NCBI GenBank assembly: GCA_051294375.1
Contig: CM119269.1
Coordinates: forward strand, 7,288,080 to 7,352,079
DNA from: Paraspadella gotoi
Lineage: Eukaryota > Animalia > Chaetognatha
DNA length: 64,000 bases
Reading direction: 5' to 3'
Of this stretch, positions 26,705 through 39,275 are shown in pieces (within the stretch, counting starts at the first letter, position 1; every line of letters starts with the position of its first letter). The notes beneath the pieces were generated by a model that did not search any database, was not told the DNA's origin, and saw only the letters and a program-made list of their open reading frames with translations. Both the position numbers and the translations under genes were made by a program.

Positions 26705-26890
26705 ATGTCATCTCATCTCATCTCATCTCATGTTCCATCTCAAATGATCTCTTTTCATTTTATCCCAACTCAACTCAACTCAACTCTTCATTTCATATCG
26801 TCTCACATCTTCATCTCATCTCATCTCTTCATCTCATCTCATCTCTTCATCCCATCTCATCTCTTCATCTCATCACACCTCATCATCTCA
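26705..26890. repeat. (CATCT)n-type degenerate repeat (mirror at ~30868-31060)
   Basis: Direct reading. Confidence 0.85.
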
Positions 26891-27944
26891 TACGCAAAGT
26901 CACTTCACGCCCTTAACGCTTTCATACCTGACGAACTTTACGAACTGTTGTCTATTTATTTTTTGTTTTTCGTTTGTTTTTTTTTTCTGTTTTTTTTTTT
27001 CCTGTTTTGTCTTCAACGATTTCCGATACTCGAAACCGAAATTCGCTCGACGGAAAAAAGATGCGGAGACCCCGACGAGTTTTCCGGCACAATGGATTTT
27101 TTTTATTGGCCCGCTCAGTGTAACGTTTCTCTTTCTTTCCTTTTTTTTTTGGTTGGCCCGTTTATTTGGTTTTCTTTCTATTTAGTGAATTTTGCTATGG
27201 TTATGGAGACCGGGTCGCCGAGACTGTATAGTGTTTTTTTTTTCAGCGTTCGGATTCTTTTCGGACGACACAGTTTCTGTTCGACGCTTATATTCCTTCC
27301 CTTTTTTTTCAGTTTCGGACGTCGGTTTCTGTCTAAGGATCTAGTTAATCTTTTCATGGTTACTCCCTAAGCCAACTCATTGACTTCGCCTCGCTCCTCA
27401 CTCCTGCCCCCCCCCACTCCTTCCCGCCGTCTCCTTGACGACGGAACGCGTTCGTTTTAAATGACGTAATTGTTAATCTTGTTAAATCGTTTATTGTTAT
27501 TCTTTCTGCAAATTATTATTCTTCCCGGAAATTCTTTTTTTTTTCTAATCATTTTTCTTCCTTTGCCGGTAAAATTCTTTCTTTCTTTTTCTCTCCTCAG
27601 CTCGGTAACATCCAATTTATTATTTTTTTTTAATTCGTTAATAAATTCTGATTAAGACAATTTTATACTCATGTCTTCGCTCGTTTTCTCTTCACACATC
27701 ATTTTTAATTAATGTACCTGCGAAGTAAAAATTGGAGCGAAGTCGCGGTTGCTTACGACGTCGGGTTTTAAAGGTCGTGAAGTGAAAAGAAATGAGAAGT
27801 TGAATGTTGATTGATTTATTTGATTGATTAATTGATTGATTGATTGATTGATTNNNNNNNNNNNNNNNNNNNNNNNNNNNNNNNNNNNNNNNNNNNNNNN
27901 NNNNNNNNNNNNNNNNNNNNNNNNNNNNNNNNNNNNNNNNNTAT

Positions 27945-27975
<31 letters not shown>

Positions 27976-28649
27976 TTGTTACTTAGAGAAATACTTACTG
28001 AAAATATACATGAGTTTTTCGTTTTCGTTCCTCGTTTATTAAACTCTTCGTTAACCAATCTAAGTCTCAGGGTGCAGGTGTGTGCCACCTCTTTCCAGTT
28101 TAGACCCGGTGTGCCATCCTTCGCCAAAAGCGCCTGAGGAAGAATTCAGAAGAATAAATCTTTTCGATTGAATAAACGGGCAAAAATACTTTTCTTGCCA
28201 GCGGTGCTCTCTGCTCAACATTAGATGCTCCCTCCCTCTNNNNNNNNNNNNNNNNNNNNNNNNNNNNNNNNNNNNNNNNNNNNNNNNNNNNNNNNNNNNN
28301 NNNNNNNNNNNNNNNNNNNNNNNNNNNNNNNNNNNNNNNNNNNNNNNNNNNNNNNNNNNNNNNNNNNNNNNNNNNNNNNNNNNNNNNNNNNNNNNNNNNN
28401 NNNNNNNNNNNNNNNNNNNNNNNNNNNNNNNNNNNNNNNNNNNNNNNNNNNNNNNNNNNNNNNNNNNNNNNNNNNNNNNNNNNNNNNNGAGAGAGAGAGA
28501 GAGACGATTGAGTCTTCATTTTATTAACAAGGGCGGTCGGGGGATCTTCCCATCGCGTGACTCCGAAAGTCTTTGTCAAAAACGAAGAGGAAAATGTTTT
28601 GCGTCGTCGTCGTCGATCGGAAAGACTTCGATCCAAAAAAAACCCTGGG

Positions 28650-29007
28650 AGATGGAGATGGGGATTGGGGATTAAGGGATTTGGGGATAGGGATTGGGGG
28701 ATGGGGATTAGGTCTTTCAATCCGAATCCCATCCCCAATGCCCAATCCGCCCAAATCCGCCTAATACCGCCCATCTTCCAATCCCTCATCATTCAATTCC
28801 ATAATCCACATTCCGCAATCCTGAAATACCTAATCCCATCCCCCAATCCCCTATCCTCATCCCCCATTCTTAACCCCATCCCCAATCCGAAATCCTCATC
28901 CCCAAATAAACTAACACAATCCCTAAATCCAGCATGGTAATCCAATCCCCATCCCCAATCCCTATGCCCCAAATCCCTACAGTCCCCAATCCCCATCTCC
29001 ATCTCCC
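28650..29007. repeat. GGGATT / AATCCC degenerate G-rich repeat switching strand at the palindrome centre
   Basis: G-rich runs at 28660-28712, then C-rich CCCCAATC-type units at 28718-29007. Confidence 0.85.
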
Positions 29008-32000
29008 AGGGTTTTTTTTGGATCGAAGTCTTTCGATCGACGACGACGACGCAAAACATTTTTCACCTCTGTGCGTTTTTGACAAAGACTTTCGGCAGTC
29101 AGCGACTGGGAAAAGAATCCCCGGACCGCCCCTTGTTAATAAAATTGAAGAACTCAATCCGTTCTTCTCTCCTCTCCTCAATTCACCTATCTCTCCCTCA
29201 TCTTCTCTCCCTCCCTCTCTCTCTCCTTTTCATCTCGTCTATTTGCTCTATCCCTTTTTCTTCAACTTTTTTCCTTTTCAATCATAACTTCCACTTGACT
29301 GTATTAAAAGATGGCGAATAGAACGAGAAAAAGTCAAACTGGACACGAGAGCATAGACTGGGTAAGAGAGAGGAGAGAGAGAGAGAGAGGAGAGAGGAGA
29401 GAGAAGAAGAGAGAGAGAGCAGCAGAGAGAGAGAGGAGTAAGAGACGGGAGGGAGCATCTAAATTGTTGAGCAGAGAAGCACCGCTGGCATGAAGTATTC
29501 TTTGCCCGTTTAATTCAAGGTCGAAAAAGATTATTCTTTCCTGAATTCTTCCTTCAGGGCGCTGTTTGTGCGAAACGGATGGCACACCGGGTCTTAAACA
29601 GGAAAGAGGTGGACACAATCCTGCACCTGAGACTTAGAATGTTAACGAAGAGTTACATAAACGAGGAACGAAAACGACGAAAAACTCCATGTATATTTTC
29701 AGCTAAGTATTTCTGCTATGTAACAATCATCAATCCAATAAAATCAATCAATCAATAAATAGAATAACAATAAATAAATAAAAATAAATAAATAGCAAAT
29801 GAAATAATAAATAATAAATAAATAAATAAATAATAAATAAATAAATAATAATAAATAAATAAATTAAATAAATCAATCATCAACTCAATTTAATCAATCA
29901 AATAAATCCAATCAACAATCAACCACTTCTTTTCAACTTCAACGACCTTTAAAACCCGACGTCGTAAGCAACCGCGACTTCGCTTCCAATTTTTACTTCG
30001 GCAGGTACAATTAATTAAAGAATGATGTGTGAGAGAAAACAGAGCGAGACATGAGTAAAAATTGTCTTATACAGAATTAATTTCAACGATATTAACAAAG
30101 AAAATAATAAATTTGATGTTCACCCCAGGGCCCAGAGCTGAGGAGAGAAAAAGAAAAAAGAATTTTACCGGCAAAGGAAGAAAATGATTAGAAAAAAAGA
30201 ATTTCCGGAGAAGAATAATAATTTGCAGAAAGAATAACAATAAACGATTTAACAAGAATTAACCATTACGGCGTCATTTAAAACGAACGCGGTTCCTCCG
30301 TCAAGGAGAACGGCGCGAAGGGTGGGGGGGGGCAAGGAGTGAGGAGCGAGGCGAAGTCAATGAGTTTGGCTTAGGGGAGAACCGTGGAAAAGAATTAACT
30401 AGATCCCTTGACAGAAACCGACGTCCGAAAACTGAAAAAAAAGGGAAAGGAAGTATAGCGTCGAACAGAAAACCCTGTGTCGTCCGAAAAGAATCCGAAC
30501 GCTGAAAAAAAAAACACTATACAGTCTCGGCGATCCGGTCTCCATACCATAGGCAAAATTCACTAAAGTAGAAAGAAAACCAAATAAACGGGCCACCAAA
30601 ACAAAAAGGAAAGAAGAGAAACGTTACACTCACTGAGCGGGCAATAAAAAAATGCCCATTGGTGCCGGAAAACTCGTGCGGGGTCTCCAGCATCTTTTTT
30701 CGTCGAGCGATTTTCGGTTTCGAGTATCGGAAATCGCTCTGAAAGACAAAACAGGAAAAAAAAAAACGAAAAAAAAAAAACAAACGAAAAAACAAAAAAT
30801 AATAGACAACAGTTCGTAAAGTTCGTCAGGTATGAAAGCGTTAAGGGCCGTGAAGTGACTTTTGCGTATGAGATGATGAGGGTGATGAGATGAAGAGATG
30901 GAATGGGATGAAGAGATGAGATGAGATGAAGAGCATTGAGATGAGATTGAAGATGGTGAGACCGATATGAAATGAAAGCGAGTTGAAGTTGAGTTGAGTT
31001 GGGATAAAAATGAAAAAGAGATCATTTGAGAATGGACATAGAAGATGAGAATCGAGATGAGACTGACAATAGCGCGTGGAAGAGACTCAGAAATTCTCAT
31101 GTTTTTTAAAAAAATGTTGCAACGTGACTTCTGGAAATCACGAAAAGGAAGACCATGAGAACACCGAGATTACAAATCAGTGGAGGTTCAACTCAGCTGT
31201 AAACGCTTGACTAGATACGGGGCGTTACAGGCGGAGCCAAATTTACAAAAAGGAGCGCTACAGCAATCGGAAAAGCGTTTGTCTTAATTAAGATTGATTT
31301 AAATTAATTAAACCAACTCACGTATTGGATGAAAGGTTTTTACCATCGCTCTGTTCGCTTCTCCGAAAGTTTTATAGAAAGATCTGTAAAAACCGCTTTA
31401 AGTATCCCCCCCAAACTCGATTTCTGAATACAGGGTAAATCGACCCCGGTCGTTAAAAAAATAGGAAATTCAATTTCGTCGGCGTCACCCGGTAAGCTTT
31501 CCCGCACCGAATCCATTACGAAGGGACGCGCGTACCGGCGCAGCTGTTCACTTTGTTTGAGTGTGGCAGATTAATTTCTTTGAATTAATTAAATTATTTT
31601 TTTTTTTTGAGGCAATTGTGAATTCATAAACACGAGGAAGAACGACGATTTGACGACGACGACGACGACCACTGCCAAAGGAACGATGACTTTAATGAAC
31701 AAAGTTATCAACGAAACATAATGGGAAAAGAACGACTACTACGTGGGAAGAACGACGACGACCGACGACGACGACGACGACGACTACGACCGAAGAAAGA
31801 GACGACGAGCAATTATTTGAGGATATTGAAGAGAGTTGAAACCGACTTTTCTTTCTCAATTTTGGCGGAAAAAAGGTCAAAGAGGCACAACTTTGTAAGT
31901 CCAGTTAGTTTACATTGTCTGTAATGTTTTCATTGTTTATTGTAACTGCTCGCCAATGATGCTAAACATCGACAATTTCGAAGACTCGAAACAAACAAAT

Positions 32001-32533
32001 ACTTTGATGGGAACAGACGACAGCGAAATAACACAGACACAACGAAATCGAATTCGTCAGAAACAACGAGTAACAATCTGCAAACTGGCAGAAAACCTTT
32101 GGCGATAATTTGAGACAAAACAGAACAACATAAAAATTTTCGACCAAAACACCAGAAACAATTGGGACGGCAGGAAAACAAAAAAAAGAAATGATCGTAC
32201 CGCAATAGAAAAACATTGGCCACTTGCCAGTTTGCGATTTCTAGTAGGGAATATGTCAATTTCGAAGTTTTCAAAGTAAAGTTATATATTATATACTATA
32301 TTATAAATATAGTTATAATTTCGACGTACGCGCCGTGAAAATATTACGATCGCAAGCTGGTGATCAACTCAATACTATCGAAAACTCGAGTAAAACTACA
32401 TCTGTACGAACTTGAAATAGCACACCGAAAATTGGCCGACAGCCTAAAATGAACACTCTTCGAGCATCCTCCACAGGACCGAAAATGTATATATATATAT
32501 ATATAATGTGCGTCCAAAAAAACAAAAAAAAAA

Positions 32534-32639
32534 CACATAACAAAAAACCAGAATCGTGGAGAGAAAACGAGCGAAAACGAAAACAGATATCGCCGTCGGA
32601 GGAGAGAGAGAGAGAGAGAGAGAGAGGAGAGGAGAGAGA

Positions 32640-32694
<55 letters not shown>

Positions 32695-35600
32695 AACAGA
32701 TTCGCCGTCGGAAAGCAGAGAAAGAGAGAGAGACAGACGAGAGAGAGAAAGAAGAGAGAATAAAAAGTGGGCGGCGAGGGCCAGAATGAGTTCCACCTTC
32801 CGGCCCGCTCGGAGGCCATCTTTTAACGGACGGGTCGGCCGTCGACCTCATTTGCATATCGGAGTTTGCGTTGATTGGCTTTCCCCCGAGTTGCGGTTTC
32901 GCTCGTCGGAGAAATAGAAATCGCCCGACGCGAATGATCCGGTGGCCGGTGGGGGGGGCGCACAGACGCATCAGTTCACATCCGACCACTGGAAAAATTC
33001 CTACCACCTCCGTTACCCTCCTACCTAATGCCTTGGATCTAGCCGCCATCAGCACCCACTCCACCTGTTTCAAATTACTTTGATTAAATAAAATTGTCGT
33101 AATGGCCGAGAGTTAGGATTCTTAATTTGAAGTCTACTTGACTTTTTAATTCTTATTTTAAAGAAAAAATGTCAAAATTTTTTCTCTGATCACAATCCTT
33201 TTCATCCTGGTACAATATTTTAAGCCAATGAAAAAATGTTTTTATATAAAAATGCCTTTGTATAAAAAGTTATCAGTTATTATCTATTACTACTGCAGCG
33301 ATATGTAAATAGGATAATTAATTAGTACTTTGAGATGGGCTCGTTTTCAATTTTGTTAAAAATCTATAATAAAAATGGGAAATCCAAAACTAACTTTTTA
33401 ATGAGAAGCTATAATCTTAATTATAATACAAATAAAACTGAAAATCTCTTTTACAAGCTGCGAATTGGAAAAATTGGACAAAATTTCCAATTGTAACAAT
33501 TGTAACATATTTTGTTGCCTTCTTTTAATTCTTTTAAATTATATATAATATATATGTTGTTTCTTATTCTGCAAACGAGTTCTGCTCTGTAGTGACGTGT
33601 ACAGCGGGCCTCCCAGCACTGTCCTAGCTTTGTCTCTCCTGGTTTCTCTCTCCATCTGGTCTTTCTGTCTCTCTCTCTCTGTACGATCGTTGTTTTTGAA
33701 AAATTCATTATTATTCTTTCCTTCTAAAATACTTTTAATTATCGCCATTTTTTTTCTCAATACAAAACCCAACTTTACATCCGAGATTTTTGGAAATTCA
33801 TTTGTAGAAAAGGGAAAAATAACTTATAATTGCAAGGATAATGTCACATGTACATCAACTTGTGTGAACAGGTAGAGCGATACCTGCTATAGTAATCACG
33901 GCATGCGCGGATTAATATAAATAATATATAATCATAAAAAATATAACAATCTAAACTTCATTCAAGATTACAATTTAAGATGAGGAAATAAAATTTTATT
34001 TTAAAATAAGTAAAAAAAATATTTGGGCAAAGTCAAAAATATCATAGTCGTTTAACTGATTATTGTCAACTATATATTTTTGTTAATAGAGATTATACAT
34101 TTTTTGATCGTTATTATTGAAAATAGTTTAGCTTTATACCGAACGAGTTTTCTTTTCATACAATCAATATCAATTCTCATTACCATTTTCAATAATATGC
34201 AAAAAAAATTACGGTTCTTCAAACTCATTTTGAACTAGATGAAGCAAAAGACTTCAGTCCTTATTTCAATTGCAAAAAAAATAGAAAGTTAATTGATGCT
34301 TAATCACACTCTAATCAAAAAATTTTTATTTTTATCAGCGCCAACTTTTTTTCTCTAAGACGACAAATCCCAAATTTAATTTCCGACGATTTTCGTGAAT
34401 TTTTTTTTTCCTTCTATAAAAACTTTTATTATTCATTTTTTATTCTCTCTATATTTCTCTCTCAATCAACTCCTCTCTCTCGTCTCTCGTCTCTCCTCTT
34501 CTTTCTTTTCTCCTCTCTCTCTAACATTAACTCATCACGTCAATGAATGACAGCATCGCATCAAAATGAATGACTATCCATCGCATCAATGATGACTATC
34601 AATCGTATCAATCGAATGAGTTATCAGTCCGATTCAATGAAGCGAACTATCATCGCATCCATCATTTGTTACATCGCATCAAAATCCTTCGGTTATCATC
34701 GCATCAATATTTGTTATCATGCGCATCAATATTCGTGTTAATCATCAAAAGTAGGCTTCGAATCCCTATTGAATTTTAACGATTTTCTTTTTCAAGGCGC
34801 TGCAGCTTTTCTGAATGCGTTAAGAAACGAGTTTAGGCTCTCTCTCTCTCTCACGTCTCTTCTGTCTCTCTCTTTGTGTGTCTGTCTCTCTTGTAACGTA
34901 TCGTTCGTTTTTTGAAGAATTATGATTATTTTTTCCTCGTTTCCGATCAGATTTTTTGGCACTATTCGCGGCTAATGTCCCCGTTACCGGTCTTTTCATT
35001 GTTATTGGCTCATTATTGCCCCAAACGGCAAACAGGTTATCAATCAACATTTCATCATGTGGTATCATCCATACCAATTGTTTTTCGTATTTTCAAGCCT
35101 ACTTAAATTAACCACGAAGTGTTAATTAATATCGTCAAGATTATTTTGGAAATTCAGTAGTTCTACGATAATAATCGGGCAATTTTAAAGATAAATACTC
35201 ATGCCCAAGACATATATTGTACGCGAATACTTTTATCTGGGGGGAGTGCAGCAAGTATCCCTAGCACGCAATTAATTATTTATTAATCCTCTTAATTTTT
35301 TCGATGGATTCTGAATAGAAGCATAAAAGTGAAACAAGGCAAACGACCGACGATAAATGGCGAAGACAAGGACCATTACACCTATAAAACAATTAATGAT
35401 TCGACTATATAGATAAGATTAATTGATAAATAAATGTATTGATGAATATATTAATTAATAGATAAATGTAATTGATTGACTTGATTGAATTGATTGATTA
35501 ATTGACTGATTATTTAATTATTGCTTAATAATTTAACTAATTGATTAATTAACATGATTCATTATTAATTAATACATCTTGGCATTTACCATTATAATAT

Positions 35601-36003
35601 AAAAGGAACAAGTTTGAAGCAAACCAGTGTCGGATCTGCCTACAATAATTTAGCGGCTTAAAGCAGCTAACCAGAATAGATCATAAGTCATCGTAACGTC
35701 TTTTAAAATTGTGATCATCACATATGTACACAAGATAATAACATAGAATCTGGCAGATAGAAGGACAGGAAAGTTGCCCAACAAGACAGGTTGTTCATTT
35801 CCTTTATCCCTCTACCTTCTCTCTTCTCTCCGACCTCTCTCTCTCTCTTTTTCTTCATGTCTCGCTTTCTCTCTGTCTCTCTTTTGCTCTCTCATCTCGA
35901 CGCCATCATTACTACTGTGTCCATCGCAATTTAGGTCCATGTTTTCCGGGTCTCACCACTCTTCTGTGTGGCAACATTCTCCTTCTCTGCCGCCTCTCTC
36001 GCT

Positions 36004-36042
<39 letters not shown>

Positions 36043-36747
36043 CTCTCTCGTCCTTCCTCTCAATGTTATGCAAGGCTTCGTACTGGCACGAGCCCGAAAC
36101 ATGTCCGTTAATGAAAACTTTGTTGTTAAAAGATTTCGTCTTTATCTTATACTCTTCTGACTAATAACAAAAAATTTTCGTAGTTCATTTTCATTTTAAT
36201 AAATTTCTTGTGATTTGCAGGAGTTCTGGCAGACGCTTTATGATCTCGCTTCAACAACTTCAAAACGGAGGATACCGGAGGAACCCATCATAAACAAGAC
36301 CAAATATCAACTTAATAAACATAGTCAGATTTCCGCGTCCGGCGATAGAAACCGCGACATAACAACGAGGAACTGCGCGAAGTGGATTGGATTTTCCTTG
36401 CCAATCCGATAGTACTTTTCTCTTATATAATTCTACTGAAGATTCTCTTTGAGATGCCCGAGTCACGGGAAAAAATCATTTCCTCTGAAGTAAAACAGGA
36501 AATCGAGAAATGGAATTAATACTGAGGACTCTCAAACCTAATCCTAGTTCGTTAAATATACATAAATATAATCTGGTCTGATTAAACAGTCCTGAACGAG
36601 CCCACTCAAAGACAAGAGTCCAAATCGCTTAAGATTTAGAAAAACAAATTTTTTAAAGCAATCTTTTTTATAATATTGCTTGGTTTTAAATTAATTTGAT
36701 GTGAATCTAAACATTCATTAGCTTATTTGTAAAGAGAAATGGATATA
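32534..36747 (+). repeat. Direct duplication, copy 2
   Basis: Same evidence as copy 1 (offset 11460). Confidence 0.97.
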
Positions 36748-37130
36748 NNNNNNNNNNNNNNNNNNNNNNNNNTGAAAAGAGGAATTAATTGTTGGGGGAA
36801 TATTTTTATTTGTGGTAGTTCTAAAACGAGGCATTAAATTTTGATCGAAAAACTGAGTACATTTCAATTGGTTGATGCATTACAATGAAACAAGTAGAAT
36901 ATGTGGCAAGACTGATAAGGTTATCGTTGCATACATTGCATTTAAATTAAAACCACTTCTTTTATCAATTCTTGTATTCAAATTTGACTCCTCACCTCTT
37001 TTTTTAAATACCTTTAGGGACAAATTTTTTATTTCATTTTTAAATTAAGAGTTTTAGTTAAAAAACGTTGAATTGTTGTTACGTCAGTCCATCTCATTTC
37101 ATTGTCGTTGAAGGCTTAAATGAAAGAGAA

Positions 37131-37242
<112 letters not shown>

Positions 37243-39236
37243 GCCCTTTCCCGCCCTTTGTGTTCGTCCGTCGGAAAGTGTTTGTCGCCTCTTAGAATCC
37301 CAGTTTAGTTGACTGGGAAGAAGAAAAAAAAGGGAAAAAAGGATAACAAAAAAAATAGAAAAAGAATGACATTCTGATGACATTCTGATGACATTCGACG
37401 GATATTTTGAAATTATAAAAAATTTAAAAAAGGCGAAATGTTTAGGAATAAAAAAAATCTATTTTTATTACTTTTTTTTGCCTTTTTTTTTGAACATTCA
37501 ATGCTTTAATCTCGCCATTTTAGATTTACGTTTTGTCGGGCGAATCCGACAAAAAAACGTTTTTTGAAAGTTGAAAACCAAAAAGAAGAGCAAGGGTCGA
37601 GCCACGCCCTCTTGGTCAGTCGGTCATCGGCGGTGGCGTTTGTTGTGGTCAAGCGTTGTCCGCTCGTTCGTCGGGTTGACGACCTCTGAAAGGCGACCGA
37701 CCAGAGTCGATCTTTGGCCGACGAACGACTGACCGACCTCGCCCTTTGATTAATGGGGTCGAGTGAATGGGCGGGAGTGGAAGGGAGGGCGGGAGTGTTG
37801 TGAAGAGGAAGAATTGTGATTGTGAAACTTTTGTTGTCATTTTGGGTTTTTTTTTTCTCGTTTTCATTTTTTTTTTAACATTTCGTCTCTGTTCTCGTCA
37901 TCCTCATCGTCGTCGTCGTCGTCGTCGTCGTTGTTGTCGATGTTAAACCAAATCGATCACGAAATACAAAAAATTAACCAAGACGACGAAGACGACGACG
38001 TCGGCGGTGACGACGACAATGACGACGACAATGAAGACGACGTCTCATGACGCATCTTTTCTCTTTCGTCCTAAGTTTTCTCGGCTCTGAATTTCGAGCC
38101 ACAAAATTTTCATCTTCCACTGCACACTCGGTTTTAACTTCATTTTGAATCGAAAGACATATTTAAATTTGAATTTAAATTTGAATATTTTTCCCCGCGT
38201 CCGTATATCTATCTATCTATTTTTATACTGATTTTTGCAACTGGTTTTAAATGCTTTATAACGGCATTTTAGAATTTTTAATTTCAAACGAGACTGACTT
38301 AAAACCAGCTAAGAAAACTGCCGAAGAGACTGCCGTTTAAACGAGTTTAAATATTAGCTAACTCGCCTTCAAACCCCCCGTGCACTTTTTCTCAATTCTC
38401 GTTTCCTTTTCAGGTTTTCCGTATAATTCTCTCACTTCCACAAAGTTCGTTGGCAAATCGTCCGAAAAACTTTCCTTTCCTTCCTTTTCTTCCTCCCCCT
38501 TTCCTTTTACCTCTTTTCTCCTTTTCTTCTTCCCCCTTTCCTTTTACCTCTTTTCTCCTTTTCTCCTTCCTCTCTATTTCCTTCCTTCGGTTCCCATATC
38601 TGCTTACCCCTTCCACATTTCCTCTTCCCCTTTACCCCTTTTCCCATTTTCGCCCTTTTCCCCTTTTCGCCCTTTTCCCATTTTCGCCCTTTTTCCCTTT
38701 TTCTCTTCTCCCTTTTCCCATTTTCATCTTTTCCCATTTTCCTCTTCTCTCTCTTGACTTTTTCCCTCCTCCCCTTTTCCTCTTCCACCTTTTCCCCTTT
38801 TTCACTTTTTATTCGTTCTCGTTGTCGAAGTTCGAGTTAAGCGCCGCCGATTTTCCCGCCTTGTTGTTATTGTTGTCGTCGTCGTCGTCGTCGTCATTGT
38901 TTGCCACGGGAATCCGTCGAATTCGATCCCGAGTTCCGAAACCGTGGGAAAGAAATGCAAATTTTGTCGGTAAACAAAATCCATTTTTCTTTTGACTTAT
39001 CGCGGCGGCCATTTTGAATTTCGGGATCGATTTACTTTTTTTTCCTTTTTCTTCCCCTCGCGTTCCTCCACTTTTTTAGCTTTTCTTTTCCTCCACTTTC
39101 TTCCATTAAGTCGTTTTTTTTTTNNNNNNNNNNNNNNNNNNNNNNNNNGTTTGTTTTTTTCACTTCCATTTATATTTCTTTTTCTAACCCTACATTCGCT
39201 CTCCGCTTTAGTTCCCACAATTTCACTATCTTTTAC

Positions 39237-39249
<13 letters not shown>

Positions 39250-39275
<26 letters not shown>

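Larger units (their letters stand above)
25313..32533. repeat. Large inverted repeat: arms ~25313-28710 and ~28937-32533, with a CCCAAT-rich spacer
   Basis: Mirror-image ORFs (e.g. 26636 + and 30630 - both contain MRISESL). The right arm is an indel-rich reverse complement of the left arm and fills its N gaps. Confidence 0.95.

Noticed and set aside
37590-37830. GC-rich promoter-like island with GC boxes
   Set aside because: No associated gene could be identified, and motifs alone are insufficient.
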